A DNA stretch of 64,000 bases from Candidatus Omnitrophota bacterium (GTDB taxonomy: Bacteria > Omnitrophota > Gorgyraeia > Zapsychrales > JAKLDJ01), in NCBI GenBank assembly GCA_022703585.1, contig JAKLDJ010000002.1, positions 27,413 through 91,412 on the forward strand, written 5' to 3'. This document shows positions 1 through 9,724 of the stretch, piece by piece. A model generated the notes under the pieces. It saw only the letters and a list, made by a program, of their open reading frames with translations. It was not told the origin of the DNA and made no database searches. The position numbers and the translations under genes were made by a program. Within the stretch, counting starts at the first letter, position 1. The number at the start of each line of letters is the position of its first letter.

Positions 1-635
1 TCGGCAATGATTCTTAAGTCATCGTTGATATAAAAATAGATTTGCGATAGGTTGGTAACGTCAATCTTCGCGATGTGGTATCCTGCCAGTTCCGGTTCTG
101 ACCGAAATGCCTTTATAACTTCAAACGCCGCACGCAAGGCAATGCTGTCCACACGCGAGCCTAAAACAAACTTGGGCACTACCAGACGAACTCCGATAAT
201 AAACGGCAGCCTGTCATCAAGATCCGTCGATACCTCCATCATAGCTCCTTGAGGATCAAGCGTCACTATTTTGCCGTTCACTTTTGTTTGCGCAAATGGG
301 GCGCGTTCCCGTGCCGCGACAAGAATTTGGTCGGGAAACCTCTTCAAAATCTTCAGCTGGGTAAACCGGGGATACTCGACTCGAAGGTGCCGTTCGATTT
401 TCTTCAAATCCACGGCAAAGATATTTTTTCCTTTAAAATTCGAAACCAAACTCGCTTCCATAAATCTTAACGAAGGTTCGCAGATAATGCTCCGGATCAT
501 AAAATAATCGGAATGCCTTAAAAGAAATGCGACTTTCTGGTAGGTCAGAAAGGAAAAGAAAACCAGGACAATAAGAATGATAATATTCTTTAAGATATAA
601 ACGGACGCCTTCGTCTTTTTAATTTTATTTGCCAT
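1..635 (-). CDS. ftsQ: Cell division protein FtsQ/DivIB, 5' part only (3' end lies beyond window start)
   Basis: Minus-strand ATG at 635-633 overlaps the ddl stop. The frame stays open to position 1 (about 211 aa, MANKIKKTKASVYILKN...) with an N-terminal TM helix followed by a POTRA-like region. It sits in the canonical position after ddl. The ORF track misses it because the stop is outside the window. Confidence 0.6.
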   Translation of the reverse strand, partial: MANKIKKTKASVYILKNIIILIVLVFFSFLTYQKVAFLLRHSDYFMIRSIICEPSLRFMEASLVSNFKGKNIFAVDLKKIERHLRVEYPRFTQLKILKRFPDQILVAARERAPFAQTKVNGKIVTLDPQGAMMEVSTDLDDRLPFIIGVRLVVPKFVLGSRVDSIALRAAFEVIKAFRSEPELAGYHIAKIDVTNLSQIYFYINDDLRIIA

Positions 636-1566
636 AAGCCAACGCTATTAATTTTAAGCACAGCTGTGAGAAATCCAGGCCCGCATGCTTGGCTGCATCC
701 GGCAGCAAGCTGGTTGCGGTAAAGCCGGGAATCGTATTGATTTCTATAACATAGGGGTTGTTTTCTTTATCTAAAAGGACATCAACCCGCGAAAGATGAC
801 GGCAGCCTAGCGACTGATGCGCCTTGAGCGCGAAATCTTGAACAGCCTTTGCCACCGGCGGCGGGATGACAGCCGGAACAATATGCTCTGCCATGCCGGG
901 TTGGTACTTCGATTCAAAATCAAAGAAGCTTCCCTTCGGTTTAATTTCTATAACGGGCAAAGGTGTTTCGTCCAAAATACCCACCGTCAATTCCCTTCCG
1001 GAGATATAACGTTCTATCAAGATCTCGTCGTCATATTGAAATGCCAGTTTTAAAGCCGGCGTTAAATCCTTTTTTTCTTTTACCAGGGTAATGCCGATGC
1101 TCGAGCCCTGATTGGCGGGCTTGACCACAACCGGAAAACCGTTCACCTTATCTAAAAACTTTTGCGAATCCCCACTATCCTTCTTGCGGATAACAATGTA
1201 GTCCGGAACGGGAATATTATTTTTCCTAAAGATATTCTGGGCTGAAACTTTATTTAAGGCAAGGCGGCTCGCGGTCACTCCCGAGCCTGTATAAGGAATC
1301 TTTGCCTTTTCTAAGATCGATTGAATCGTTCCGTCCTCGCCAAGCCGGCCGTGCAAGGCAATAAAGGCAACATCAATCCCCGCATTCCTTACCAACGAAA
1401 GAATCCGGGCTTCGTCTTCACTAGCAATATCCAAAGCCGTGACCTGGCAATTACAATTTTTAAGGGCATTGTAAATGGCCGTGCCTGACTTGAGGGATAT
1501 CTCTCTTTCCGAAGAACACCCTCCCATCAAAATCCCGATATGGCCGAATTGATTGATACCGTTCAT
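625..1566 (-). CDS. ddl: D-alanine--D-alanine ligase
   Basis: 313 aa with an ATP-grasp fold. Motifs GILMGGCSSEREISL, VKPANQGSSIGI and EINTIPGFT are typical of Ddl. It lies in the dcw context. Confidence 0.9.
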   Translation of the reverse strand: MNGINQFGHIGILMGGCSSEREISLKSGTAIYNALKNCNCQVTALDIASEDEARILSLVRNAGIDVAFIALHGRLGEDGTIQSILEKAKIPYTGSGVTASRLALNKVSAQNIFRKNNIPVPDYIVIRKKDSGDSQKFLDKVNGFPVVVKPANQGSSIGITLVKEKKDLTPALKLAFQYDDEILIERYISGRELTVGILDETPLPVIEIKPKGSFFDFESKYQPGMAEHIVPAVIPPPVAKAVQDFALKAHQSLGCRHLSRVDVLLDKENNPYVIEINTIPGFTATSLLPDAAKHAGLDFSQLCLKLIALAYGK

Positions 1567-2984
1567 AGCCCGTCCTTAACCATGGCTATTGGTTCGACAT
1601 TTCTATCGTTTAATTTCTGCGCGAAGGCATCTGAAATACGGGTAATATCTCCCGCGCCCAGAGTCAGGACAAGATCGCCTTTACGGACATTATCCAAAAG
1701 ATAATCAATGATTCTTTCTTTCTTTAGGTAAATGACTTCCGGCTTTCCCGAAGCCCGAATAAGTTCGCACAATTTCTCCGAAGTAACGCCGGGGATAACC
1801 TCTTCACTGGCAGCATAAATATCCGTAATCACCAGGCAATCGCTGGCGCTTAAGCTCTTTACAAACTCTTCCATCAGGAATTTTGTCCGGGTATAACGGT
1901 GCGGCTGAAAAACAGTAACGACTCTTTTGCGCCCCAACGATTTAGCTGTCTCAATCGTCGCCTTTATCTCGGTGGGATGATGGCCGTAATCATCGATAAC
2001 CATGATGTCATTCACGTCGGTCTTAAGCTGAAACCGGCGGCGCACCCCCTTAAATTCCCGCAAACTTTCGCGGATAACTTCAAGATCAATCCCCATCTGC
2101 ATACTCACGCAAATACAGGCCAAGGCATTTAGAATATTATGTTTTCCGGGAATGCTCAAATCAAACCGCCCGATATTTCTTCCTTTATAAGCACAATCGA
2201 AACCAAGGGAACGCCCGTTGAGCTTCTCATGGGAAGCGACAACATCATTTTCCTTTGAAAAACCGTAGGTTGTAAACCGCCGGCCGCTTTCCGACAGCAG
2301 TGATCGCAGCCTCATATCCTGACCGTAAGCAAAAATGCAGCCGTCAGCCTTGGTGCGAGCGATAAATGTGCGATAGGCGGATAAAATATTGTCCCAGCTA
2401 TGATAATAATCGACGTGCTCAAAATCAATGTTGGTGATGACTGAATAGAAAGGAGAAAAATACAAGAATGACCCATCACTCTCGTCGACCTCGGCAACAA
2501 AATATTGGCCGCTGCCCAGATTCGAATTATAAGTTTTATCGTTATTAATCATTCCCCCGACGGCCGTCGTCGGATTAAGGCCCGCCCGGATCAGGCAATA
2601 CGAAATCATCGAGGTCGTGGTTGTCTTACCGTGAGCCCCGGCAACCGTTATCCCTTTTTCGGACTCCATTAATTGGGCGAGTAACTGCGCGCGCTGCAGC
2701 ACGGGAATCTTTTTCTGCTCTGCCGCCACGCGTTCGGGATTATCCCGGCTAACCGCCGAGGAATAAACCACAAAATCGGGAGACTCGATATTCTTTGCAT
2801 CGTGGCCGATAGAAATCTTTGCCTTTTGTTCGCGCAGTTTCGCGGTAAAATCACTCTCCTTTAAATCCGAACCGCTCACCCGATAGCCTTTGGCAATCAG
2901 CAAAGAGGCGATGGTCCCCATCCCCACCCCGCCGATTCCTATAAAGTGATAGTGCTTGTTCATCGTTTTAAATAATTTACCCAC
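1563..2984 (-). CDS. murC: UDP-N-acetylmuramate--L-alanine ligase
   Basis: 473 aa with HFIGIGGVGM and GAHGKTTTTSM P-loop motifs typical of the Mur ligase family. There is a 4-nt overlap with ddl. Confidence 0.9.
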   Translation of the reverse strand: MGKLFKTMNKHYHFIGIGGVGMGTIASLLIAKGYRVSGSDLKESDFTAKLREQKAKISIGHDAKNIESPDFVVYSSAVSRDNPERVAAEQKKIPVLQRAQLLAQLMESEKGITVAGAHGKTTTTSMISYCLIRAGLNPTTAVGGMINNDKTYNSNLGSGQYFVAEVDESDGSFLYFSPFYSVITNIDFEHVDYYHSWDNILSAYRTFIARTKADGCIFAYGQDMRLRSLLSESGRRFTTYGFSKENDVVASHEKLNGRSLGFDCAYKGRNIGRFDLSIPGKHNILNALACICVSMQMGIDLEVIRESLREFKGVRRRFQLKTDVNDIMVIDDYGHHPTEIKATIETAKSLGRKRVVTVFQPHRYTRTKFLMEEFVKSLSASDCLVITDIYAASEEVIPGVTSEKLCELIRASGKPEVIYLKKERIIDYLLDNVRKGDLVLTLGAGDITRISDAFAQKLNDRNVEPIAMVKDGL

Positions 2985-3739
2985 GATTGATTAAAGGCGT
3001 CAAGACTCTTGAATTGGATATAAATGTTCTTGAATGCCTGCTCGAAACGGGTACCTTCCTTTAATTGCCGGCACAAACCAACAAACTTAAATTCCCCAAA
3101 CTCGGTAATAAGATAATACACCGCGCTCGCAGCCTCCGCATAATAAAGCTCGACAAAATCCCTTGCGGTATCCGAGTAAAGCCGGACGGTAGAAAGCTCA
3201 CTTAAGGGGATAAATTTCTTTTGCTCAATGGCCTTTTTGACATCGCTATTAACGCCCCAGCGCCGCGCCTTTTCTTGATACATGGCCACCCCTTCATCCA
3301 GCCAGAGAGGCACATAGGGATTGGAGCCGATAAATTCCCGGAAAATAATATGCCCCAACTCGTGCGGTAAAATGGAGTCAAAAAAGCCGTTTGCCGCCGG
3401 GAACGTCCGGATCTCTTTCTCGATCCATGCCGCCACCCCGTGGGACCAGGGACTTTGCTTGGCTGATTTTATGTAATCATCCGCATCGCGGTAAATATAA
3501 ATCTTCGCCCGTTTATCCCAGGACCAGATTTGAGTACGGGCAAAACCTAAATTGCTGGTTATCTGCTGGTAATAGGTCTCTGCGGTCCTCTCTACTTCTT
3601 TGATAAAATCCTCCGGCGCATCTTTGTAATAGATAATAAAATGCAAGGCCCGGTATTCCTTCCAGCCCTCTTCGGCGCCGCTGACGGCCGCCCATCCGAA
3701 AACAACCAGCAGAAAAATTACGGCGAATATTCTCTTCAT
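2960..3739 (-). CDS. Secreted zinc metallopeptidase-like protein (HExxH...E, peptidase MA-like / PF13485-like)
   Basis: 259 aa. N-terminal signal peptide MKRIFAVIFLLVVFGWAAVSGA. HELGH is followed about 20 aa later by WLDEGVAMY, matching the gluzincin pattern HExxH...W..EG.A.Y. It is embedded between murG and murC, 19 nt from one neighbour and overlapping the other by 25 nt. Confidence 0.55.
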   Translation of the reverse strand: MKRIFAVIFLLVVFGWAAVSGAEEGWKEYRALHFIIYYKDAPEDFIKEVERTAETYYQQITSNLGFARTQIWSWDKRAKIYIYRDADDYIKSAKQSPWSHGVAAWIEKEIRTFPAANGFFDSILPHELGHIIFREFIGSNPYVPLWLDEGVAMYQEKARRWGVNSDVKKAIEQKKFIPLSELSTVRLYSDTARDFVELYYAEAASAVYYLITEFGEFKFVGLCRQLKEGTRFEQAFKNIYIQFKSLDAFNQSWVNYLKR

Positions 3740-3757
3740 ATTTTAATTCTAACCTAT

Positions 3758-4834
3758 TTAACAAGCTAAAGAAACTATTTCTTTCGCTAAGCGGTCATCC
3801 GCGTCAGAAATAAAAAAATTCTTTGCATAAGCAGCTGCTTTTTCTCTTATATTTTTGTCCGTCAACAATGAAAGCACGGCGTCTTTTAAGCGCTGCGCCG
3901 TAAGATCTTTTTCCTCGAGGATACGGGCTAAACCGGCCTCGCCTAAAACATCCGCATTTTCCTTTTGATGCCCGCCCGCAAAAGGATAAGGTATTAAGAT
4001 AGCCGGGAGTCTAAACAGGACAAGCTCCGACAAAGTGGCAGCTCCGGCACGAGAAATCACGACATCCGCCGCTTTATAGGCCAGGCCTATTTCACTTAGG
4101 AAGTCGAAGACAGACGCGTTAATCCCGAAATTCTTATAAGATTCTCTTGTGTCCGGGCAGTCTTTCTTTCCGGCGACATGAATAACCTGGAAATCCAATT
4201 CTTGTTTTAGCAAAACAGCGGCCTCTAAAAATTTCCCGTTAACCGCATGGCTTCCCTGGCTGCCGCCCAAAACCAGCATAGTCAACCGGCCCGGCAATAA
4301 ATTAAATTTTGCCATACACTCTTTGCGCTCCAGCGATGGCACCACAATATGACAAGGGCAACCTGTCACAACAACTTTCTTTGCATTGAAATATTTCTCG
4401 CTCTTTTGGAAACTAACCGCTATTTTGTTAACAATTTTAGAAAGAATGCGATTGGCCTTTCCGGGGACAACATTTTGCTCGTGGATTACGGCCGGGTAAC
4501 CCAAAAATCTGGCCGCGACTACGGCTGAGAAAGCGCCATATCCTCCAAAACCCGCTACCGCATCCGGTTTAAAATGCTTAAGAAAACGGCAGGATTCAAA
4601 AAAAGACTTTATCATACAAGAAACTGCAAAAAGAAAAGACCTAAAAGATTTAAATGATAAACCTTTGGCGCAAAGAGGAACAGACTCAAAACCGCTTGCC
4701 TTTAACTTCTCATCGCCCTGGCCCGGCGTTCCGATAAACACCACCCGGTGCCCCTGACTTCGCAGCTTTAAGGCCGTGCTTAGCGCCGGAAAAATATGCC
4801 CCCCGCTTCCCCCTGTGGCCATGACAATCTTCAT
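3758..4834 (-). CDS. murG: Undecaprenyldiphospho-muramoylpentapeptide beta-N-acetylglucosaminyltransferase
   Basis: 358 aa. Begins MKIVMATGGSGGHIFPALS, a GT28 fold. Confidence 0.9.
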   Translation of the reverse strand: MKIVMATGGSGGHIFPALSTALKLRSQGHRVVFIGTPGQGDEKLKASGFESVPLCAKGLSFKSFRSFLFAVSCMIKSFFESCRFLKHFKPDAVAGFGGYGAFSAVVAARFLGYPAVIHEQNVVPGKANRILSKIVNKIAVSFQKSEKYFNAKKVVVTGCPCHIVVPSLERKECMAKFNLLPGRLTMLVLGGSQGSHAVNGKFLEAAVLLKQELDFQVIHVAGKKDCPDTRESYKNFGINASVFDFLSEIGLAYKAADVVISRAGAATLSELVLFRLPAILIPYPFAGGHQKENADVLGEAGLARILEEKDLTAQRLKDAVLSLLTDKNIREKAAAYAKNFFISDADDRLAKEIVSLAC

Positions 4835-4843
4835 CGCTGGTCT

Positions 4844-5932
4844 CTATAATTCCTGGGTGCGCGAAATGTTTAAAAGAAGCCCCACCGCAATCATATCCAC
4901 CATCAGCGCCGAGCCTCCGTAGCTGATAAAGGGAAGCGGCAAACCTTTGGTCGGCAAAGCACCAATACTGACGCCCAAATTAATAACCGCCTGCAAACCC
5001 AGCATGGCGACAATACCGACGCTCAAAAAATAACCGAAGCTGTAAGTAATCCTTTTGGCGATCCTGGCGCACTGCCATATCAGAAGCACAAACAAAAGAA
5101 TAATCGCTGATGTCCCCAGCAATCCCATTTCCTCTCCGATAATCGAGAATATGAAATCCGTATGCGCTGCCGGCAGGTAAAAAAGCTTCTGCATGCTTTT
5201 TCCCAAACCTAAGCCGAACAATCCTCCAGAACCTATGGCGATCTGTGATTGGGAAAGTTGAAAACCCACCCCCTGGCTATCCTGCCAGGGATCAAGAAAT
5301 GCCATAATCCGGTGCATGCGATACGCAACCTTAGCAATCAGAAGATAAATCAGCGGCAACGACAAAAGCACAATCAATCCCAAATGGAGCAGTCTTGCCC
5401 CGGCAACAAAAATAAGAATAAGGACAACCGCCGCGATAAATAATGCCGTTCCCATATCAGGCTGCTTTAAAATTAAAAGGCAGACAACACCCAGCATCAG
5501 CATGATCGGCAAAAAACCTTCTCTAAAATCTCTTATTTTATTGTGTTTGCGCGATAGAAAATCAGCCACATAAATAAGAACGGCTATTTTTGTAAATTCA
5601 GACGGCTGTATGCTGATAAACCCCAGACGAAACCATCTCCTGGCGCCGTTGATTTCTTTTCCGATAAAAGGAATAAGGACCAGGACGAGCGAGAAAATCG
5701 CAATCAGTAAAATCGGCTTCGCAAATCTCCTTAGTTCCCGGTAATCGATCGCCATAAATGCAACCATGAGAATCGCACCCATCAGCAGAAATAAAAGATG
5801 CCGGCTTAGAAAATAGTAGCTCGATCCCAATTCCTGCAGGGCATACACGCCGCTGGAGCTAAAAATCATGACAATGCCCACGCAGATGAGCACCGTCATT
5901 AAAACTAATACGGAAATTCTTAAATCGCGCAT
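4844..5932 (-). CDS. ftsW: SEDS family peptidoglycan glycosyltransferase FtsW
   Basis: 362 aa polytopic membrane protein with SEDS motifs (QPSEFTK..., GLPLPFISYGGS). Confidence 0.85.
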   Translation of the reverse strand: MRDLRISVLVLMTVLICVGIVMIFSSSGVYALQELGSSYYFLSRHLLFLLMGAILMVAFMAIDYRELRRFAKPILLIAIFSLVLVLIPFIGKEINGARRWFRLGFISIQPSEFTKIAVLIYVADFLSRKHNKIRDFREGFLPIMLMLGVVCLLILKQPDMGTALFIAAVVLILIFVAGARLLHLGLIVLLSLPLIYLLIAKVAYRMHRIMAFLDPWQDSQGVGFQLSQSQIAIGSGGLFGLGLGKSMQKLFYLPAAHTDFIFSIIGEEMGLLGTSAIILLFVLLIWQCARIAKRITYSFGYFLSVGIVAMLGLQAVINLGVSIGALPTKGLPLPFISYGGSALMVDMIAVGLLLNISRTQEL

Positions 5933-5934
5933 GG

Positions 5935-7197
5935 TTAGATTCCGTTAACTATTTCCTTAAAAACCTTTCCTCTTTCTTCAAAATTAGAAAACATATCATA
6001 GCTGGTGCACATCGGAGAAAGGATAACGCAATCACCCTTCACAGCCTTTTGGCGGGCAAGCAGGACTGCATTTTTGAACGAATCAGATTCTTCAATCGGT
6101 ATCACACCCTTAAAAACCTGCCGGATCTTTTCCCGGGCCTCGCCGATAATAATCATCAGTTTGACCTTATTTCTAACAAGATCTTTAATGACGGAAAAGT
6201 CGAGCTTTTTATCCCGACCGCCGCAAATCAAAATAATGGGCCGCTCAATACTTTCCAACGCCCAACGTCCGGATTCGATAGTCGTCGATTTAGAGTCATT
6301 AATAAAATCTACCCCTTCAATCGTACGAACCTGCTCAAGGCGATGTTCCACGCCTTTAAAATTCTCAAAAGCCTTCCGGCAAATTTCCTGAGAGACGCCG
6401 AGCACTCCGGCTGCCGCAGATGCCGCCAGGTAGTTGGGATTAGAAATCGGCACATGCTCTAACACTTGCGGAGAATTAAAATAAATTACCTTTGCCTTTA
6501 ATTCCGGCGTCAAACCTTTCACAGTAGGATCTTGATAATTTAAAACCGCGTAATCACCCTTGGCCTGATTCATAAAAATTCTTTTTTTGGCATCAAGATA
6601 TTCCTGAAGGTCTTTATGGCGGTCGAGATGATTCTGGCTAAAATTTATAAATACGGCAACGTGGGGACGAAAATGAACAATCGACTCAAGCTGGAACGAG
6701 CTGATTTCAAGGACAACAAAATCCTTATCCTTTAATTCCAAGACATGTTTCGAAAAAGGAGAGCCGATATTGCCGCACAGACAGACCTTTTTTCCTGCGG
6801 CGGCCAAAAACTCTTTGATGAGAGTAGAAACGGTTGTCTTGCCGTTACTGCCGGTCACGGCGATAACAGGCTTATCGCAAAAACTCCAGGCAAGTTCAAT
6901 CTCACCGATGACGGGAATATTTTTTTCCCTGGCCCATTGCACCGGCGGGGCATCGATTCGTACGCCCGGGCTTAAAACAACCAGATCGCTTTTTTCTATA
7001 AATTCCCGGCTATGATTGCCAAATTCTGTTTCGACCCTATCTTTCAGCGGCCAGTTTTCCAGGACCTTTTTTACCGAATCGTACGGGGCCTTCTCCGAAA
7101 TCCGGGGAATTCCTTTGAGGGAATCGATCAATTCGGCAAGTGCCGTCCCGCTGCGGCCAAGGCCGAGGACCGTCACCTTTTTATTTTTTAAATCCAT
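5935..7197 (-). CDS. murD: UDP-N-acetylmuramoylalanine--D-glutamate ligase
   Basis: 420 aa Mur ligase with VTVLGLGRSG and GSNGKTT motifs. Confidence 0.9.
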   Translation of the reverse strand: MDLKNKKVTVLGLGRSGTALAELIDSLKGIPRISEKAPYDSVKKVLENWPLKDRVETEFGNHSREFIEKSDLVVLSPGVRIDAPPVQWAREKNIPVIGEIELAWSFCDKPVIAVTGSNGKTTVSTLIKEFLAAAGKKVCLCGNIGSPFSKHVLELKDKDFVVLEISSFQLESIVHFRPHVAVFINFSQNHLDRHKDLQEYLDAKKRIFMNQAKGDYAVLNYQDPTVKGLTPELKAKVIYFNSPQVLEHVPISNPNYLAASAAAGVLGVSQEICRKAFENFKGVEHRLEQVRTIEGVDFINDSKSTTIESGRWALESIERPIILICGGRDKKLDFSVIKDLVRNKVKLMIIIGEAREKIRQVFKGVIPIEESDSFKNAVLLARQKAVKGDCVILSPMCTSYDMFSNFEERGKVFKEIVNGI

Positions 7198-7198
7198 T

Positions 7199-8284
7199 TT
7201 ACCTGATCTTAAGTGTAGTCAAAGTTAAAAGGGCAAGAATAATAGCGATAATCCAAAAACGGATGATAATTTTTGATTCATTCCATCCGGATAATTGCAA
7301 ATGGTGATGTAACGGCGAAACCTTAAAAATCCGCTTTCCGGTCAATTTAAACGATCCGACCTGCAGGATAACCGAAAGCGCTTCGATAACAAAAATGCCC
7401 CCCAGAAGCCCCAACAATAATTCCTTTTTGATTAAAACCGCGATAACTCCCAGGCTACCGCCTAATGCCAAGGAACCCACATCCCCCATAAAGACAGTCG
7501 CCGGGTAACAGTTGAACCATAAAAATCCCAGGCTTGCCCCCAAAATCGCCGCACAAAAAATCGTCAGCTCCCCTGCCCCAGGGACAAATGGTATGAATAA
7601 ATACTCGCTGAATTTTAAATGCCCGCTGACATAACTCAACATCCCTAAGGCAATTGTCACAATGAGCACGCAACCGATCGCCAGCCCGTCGAGCCCGTCA
7701 GTTAAATTGACCGCGTTTGAAGTCCCCACAATAACTAAAATGACAAAAGGGATATACAATACGCCTAAATCGATGATCAAATTCTTAAGAAACGGGACAT
7801 CTAGCTGAGTTGAAGACGCAGGATTAAAGTAAATAAAAATCCCGATAATAAACCCCAGGACAAGCTGCCATACAAATTTAGTACCCGCGCGTAATCCCCT
7901 CCGCCCTTTTTGCGTCAGTTTGATGTAGTCATCAATGCCGCCCAAAACAGCCAGCCACAGACAGGTAACCAGCGTCAGAAGGATAAAACGGTTTGTTAAG
8001 TCCGCCCAGAGCAATACCGAGACAACGATACTGCCGATAATAAAAAGGCCGCCCATCGTCGGAGTACCCTCCTTGGAACTGTGCAATTGATACAGCTGCG
8101 GACAATCGTCTCTTTTAACATTTTCTCCGATTTGAAGCTTTCTAAAACTCCTGATAATAATCGGGCCGAATACGATGCACAGAACAAACGTCGTAACCGC
8201 CGCCATCCCCGCGCGAAACGTAATATATTTAAAAATATTAAATCCAAAGAAAACATCACTTAGATTAGACAGATAATAAAACAT
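7199..8284 (-). CDS. mraY: Phospho-N-acetylmuramoyl-pentapeptide transferase
   Basis: 361 aa membrane protein with MraY signature segments (NAVNLTDGLDGLA, VFMGDVGSL). Confidence 0.9.
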   Translation of the reverse strand: MFYYLSNLSDVFFGFNIFKYITFRAGMAAVTTFVLCIVFGPIIIRSFRKLQIGENVKRDDCPQLYQLHSSKEGTPTMGGLFIIGSIVVSVLLWADLTNRFILLTLVTCLWLAVLGGIDDYIKLTQKGRRGLRAGTKFVWQLVLGFIIGIFIYFNPASSTQLDVPFLKNLIIDLGVLYIPFVILVIVGTSNAVNLTDGLDGLAIGCVLIVTIALGMLSYVSGHLKFSEYLFIPFVPGAGELTIFCAAILGASLGFLWFNCYPATVFMGDVGSLALGGSLGVIAVLIKKELLLGLLGGIFVIEALSVILQVGSFKLTGKRIFKVSPLHHHLQLSGWNESKIIIRFWIIAIILALLTLTTLKIR

Positions 8285-8347
8285 CGTGCTGCTAGCCTTT
8301 CTTTTTTATGCCGTCGTTTATTGATGCCTAAATTACCGTGCGTTTCT

Positions 8348-9724
8348 TCAATCCTTAAGCGCTTTTAGGAACTCGACCATCTCTTCCATGTGCATTCCCC
8401 GGGAACCTTTGACCAGTATCGCATCCCCGGGCTGGACATAGTTTTTAAGCCGATTAAATGCGGAAGCCAAAGAACCCTCGTGATACGCCTGAATACAATT
8501 ATCGCTCCTTTTGGCGTAATCGGAAACTAATTTTGAGTTTTTCCCAACCGTAACCACAAAATCCAAATCGGAATCAGCCGCCATCTTCCCCACAAGGCAG
8601 TGCAATTTCTTTGCCTGGCTGCCCAACTCAAACATATCCCCGCAAACCAGGATTTTTCTGCCGGGAATCTCCAGCTTCCTTAAAGTCTCAATGGCGCTAC
8701 GGAAAGAAACTGGATTCGCGTTATAGGTATCATCGATAAGCCACCGGGAACCGATCTTTTCTAATGTTTGACGGCCTTTGGGAAAATTGAAACGAGCGAT
8801 CGCATCACGGCAATCGTTGAGGCTAACCTTCAATAAACAGCCGCAACTAATCGCCGCTAAGGCGTTATAGACATTATGTACCGCCGGTGAACTCAGCGTA
8901 AATCTCTTTCTCCGGTTAACCCTAAACTCAAGACTAAAATCTTCCCTTAAGCGAATCCGGTCAGCCCGATAGTCACATGTATTGTTGATACCGAAATCGA
9001 TAAATCTCTTAATTCTTCTGCATCGAGCAATCTTTGGCAGGTGACGGTCATCGGCGTTATAGATAACGGTTCCGGGTGCGCGCATATATTTTGCAAGATT
9101 CGACTTTTCTTTAAAGACGCCCGCGGGGCTCTTAAAAGATTCCAGGTGAGATTCACCGATATTAGTGAATAGCGTGATCGTCGGATTGGCCACTTCGGTT
9201 AACCAGCGGATCTCGCCAAAATGGTTTGTTCCCAGTTCGATAACGGCCACATCGTGCTTAGACGTAAGATTAAGGAGAGCTTTTGGCACGCCGATGTGGT
9301 TATTTTCCGTAGCAATATTCTTTAATACGTTGTACCGTCTCCCCAAAACGGCCGCCGTCATTTCCTTGGTGGTTGTCTTGCCCGTACTGCCGGTGATGGC
9401 AATAACAGGAATAGCAAAACGGTCGCGGTGAAACCGGGCAATCTGCCCCAGCGCCTTAACCGTATCCATAACGCGCACAACCGCAACATTGCGATCCGAA
9501 ACTTTGATATTCCGCGAAACAATAATAACCGATGCCGATTTCTTCGCCGCCTCTTGAACAAAATTATGCCCGTCGAAATTCGGACCCTGGATAGCAATAA
9601 ACAAATCTCCGGGCTTCAAATGGCGGGAATCCGTACAAACACCTTTGACCGACACCGGCTCCGTCTTTGGGATGTTTTTTAGCGTGCCGCTGGTCACAAT
9701 TAAGATTTCTTTTAACGTAAACAT
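8348..9724 (-). CDS. murF: UDP-N-acetylmuramoyl-tripeptide--D-alanyl-D-alanine ligase
   Basis: 458 aa Mur ligase (ITGSTGKTTTKE). It lies between murE and mraY as expected. Confidence 0.85.
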   Translation of the reverse strand: MFTLKEILIVTSGTLKNIPKTEPVSVKGVCTDSRHLKPGDLFIAIQGPNFDGHNFVQEAAKKSASVIIVSRNIKVSDRNVAVVRVMDTVKALGQIARFHRDRFAIPVIAITGSTGKTTTKEMTAAVLGRRYNVLKNIATENNHIGVPKALLNLTSKHDVAVIELGTNHFGEIRWLTEVANPTITLFTNIGESHLESFKSPAGVFKEKSNLAKYMRAPGTVIYNADDRHLPKIARCRRIKRFIDFGINNTCDYRADRIRLREDFSLEFRVNRRKRFTLSSPAVHNVYNALAAISCGCLLKVSLNDCRDAIARFNFPKGRQTLEKIGSRWLIDDTYNANPVSFRSAIETLRKLEIPGRKILVCGDMFELGSQAKKLHCLVGKMAADSDLDFVVTVGKNSKLVSDYAKRSDNCIQAYHEGSLASAFNRLKNYVQPGDAILVKGSRGMHMEEMVEFLKALKD

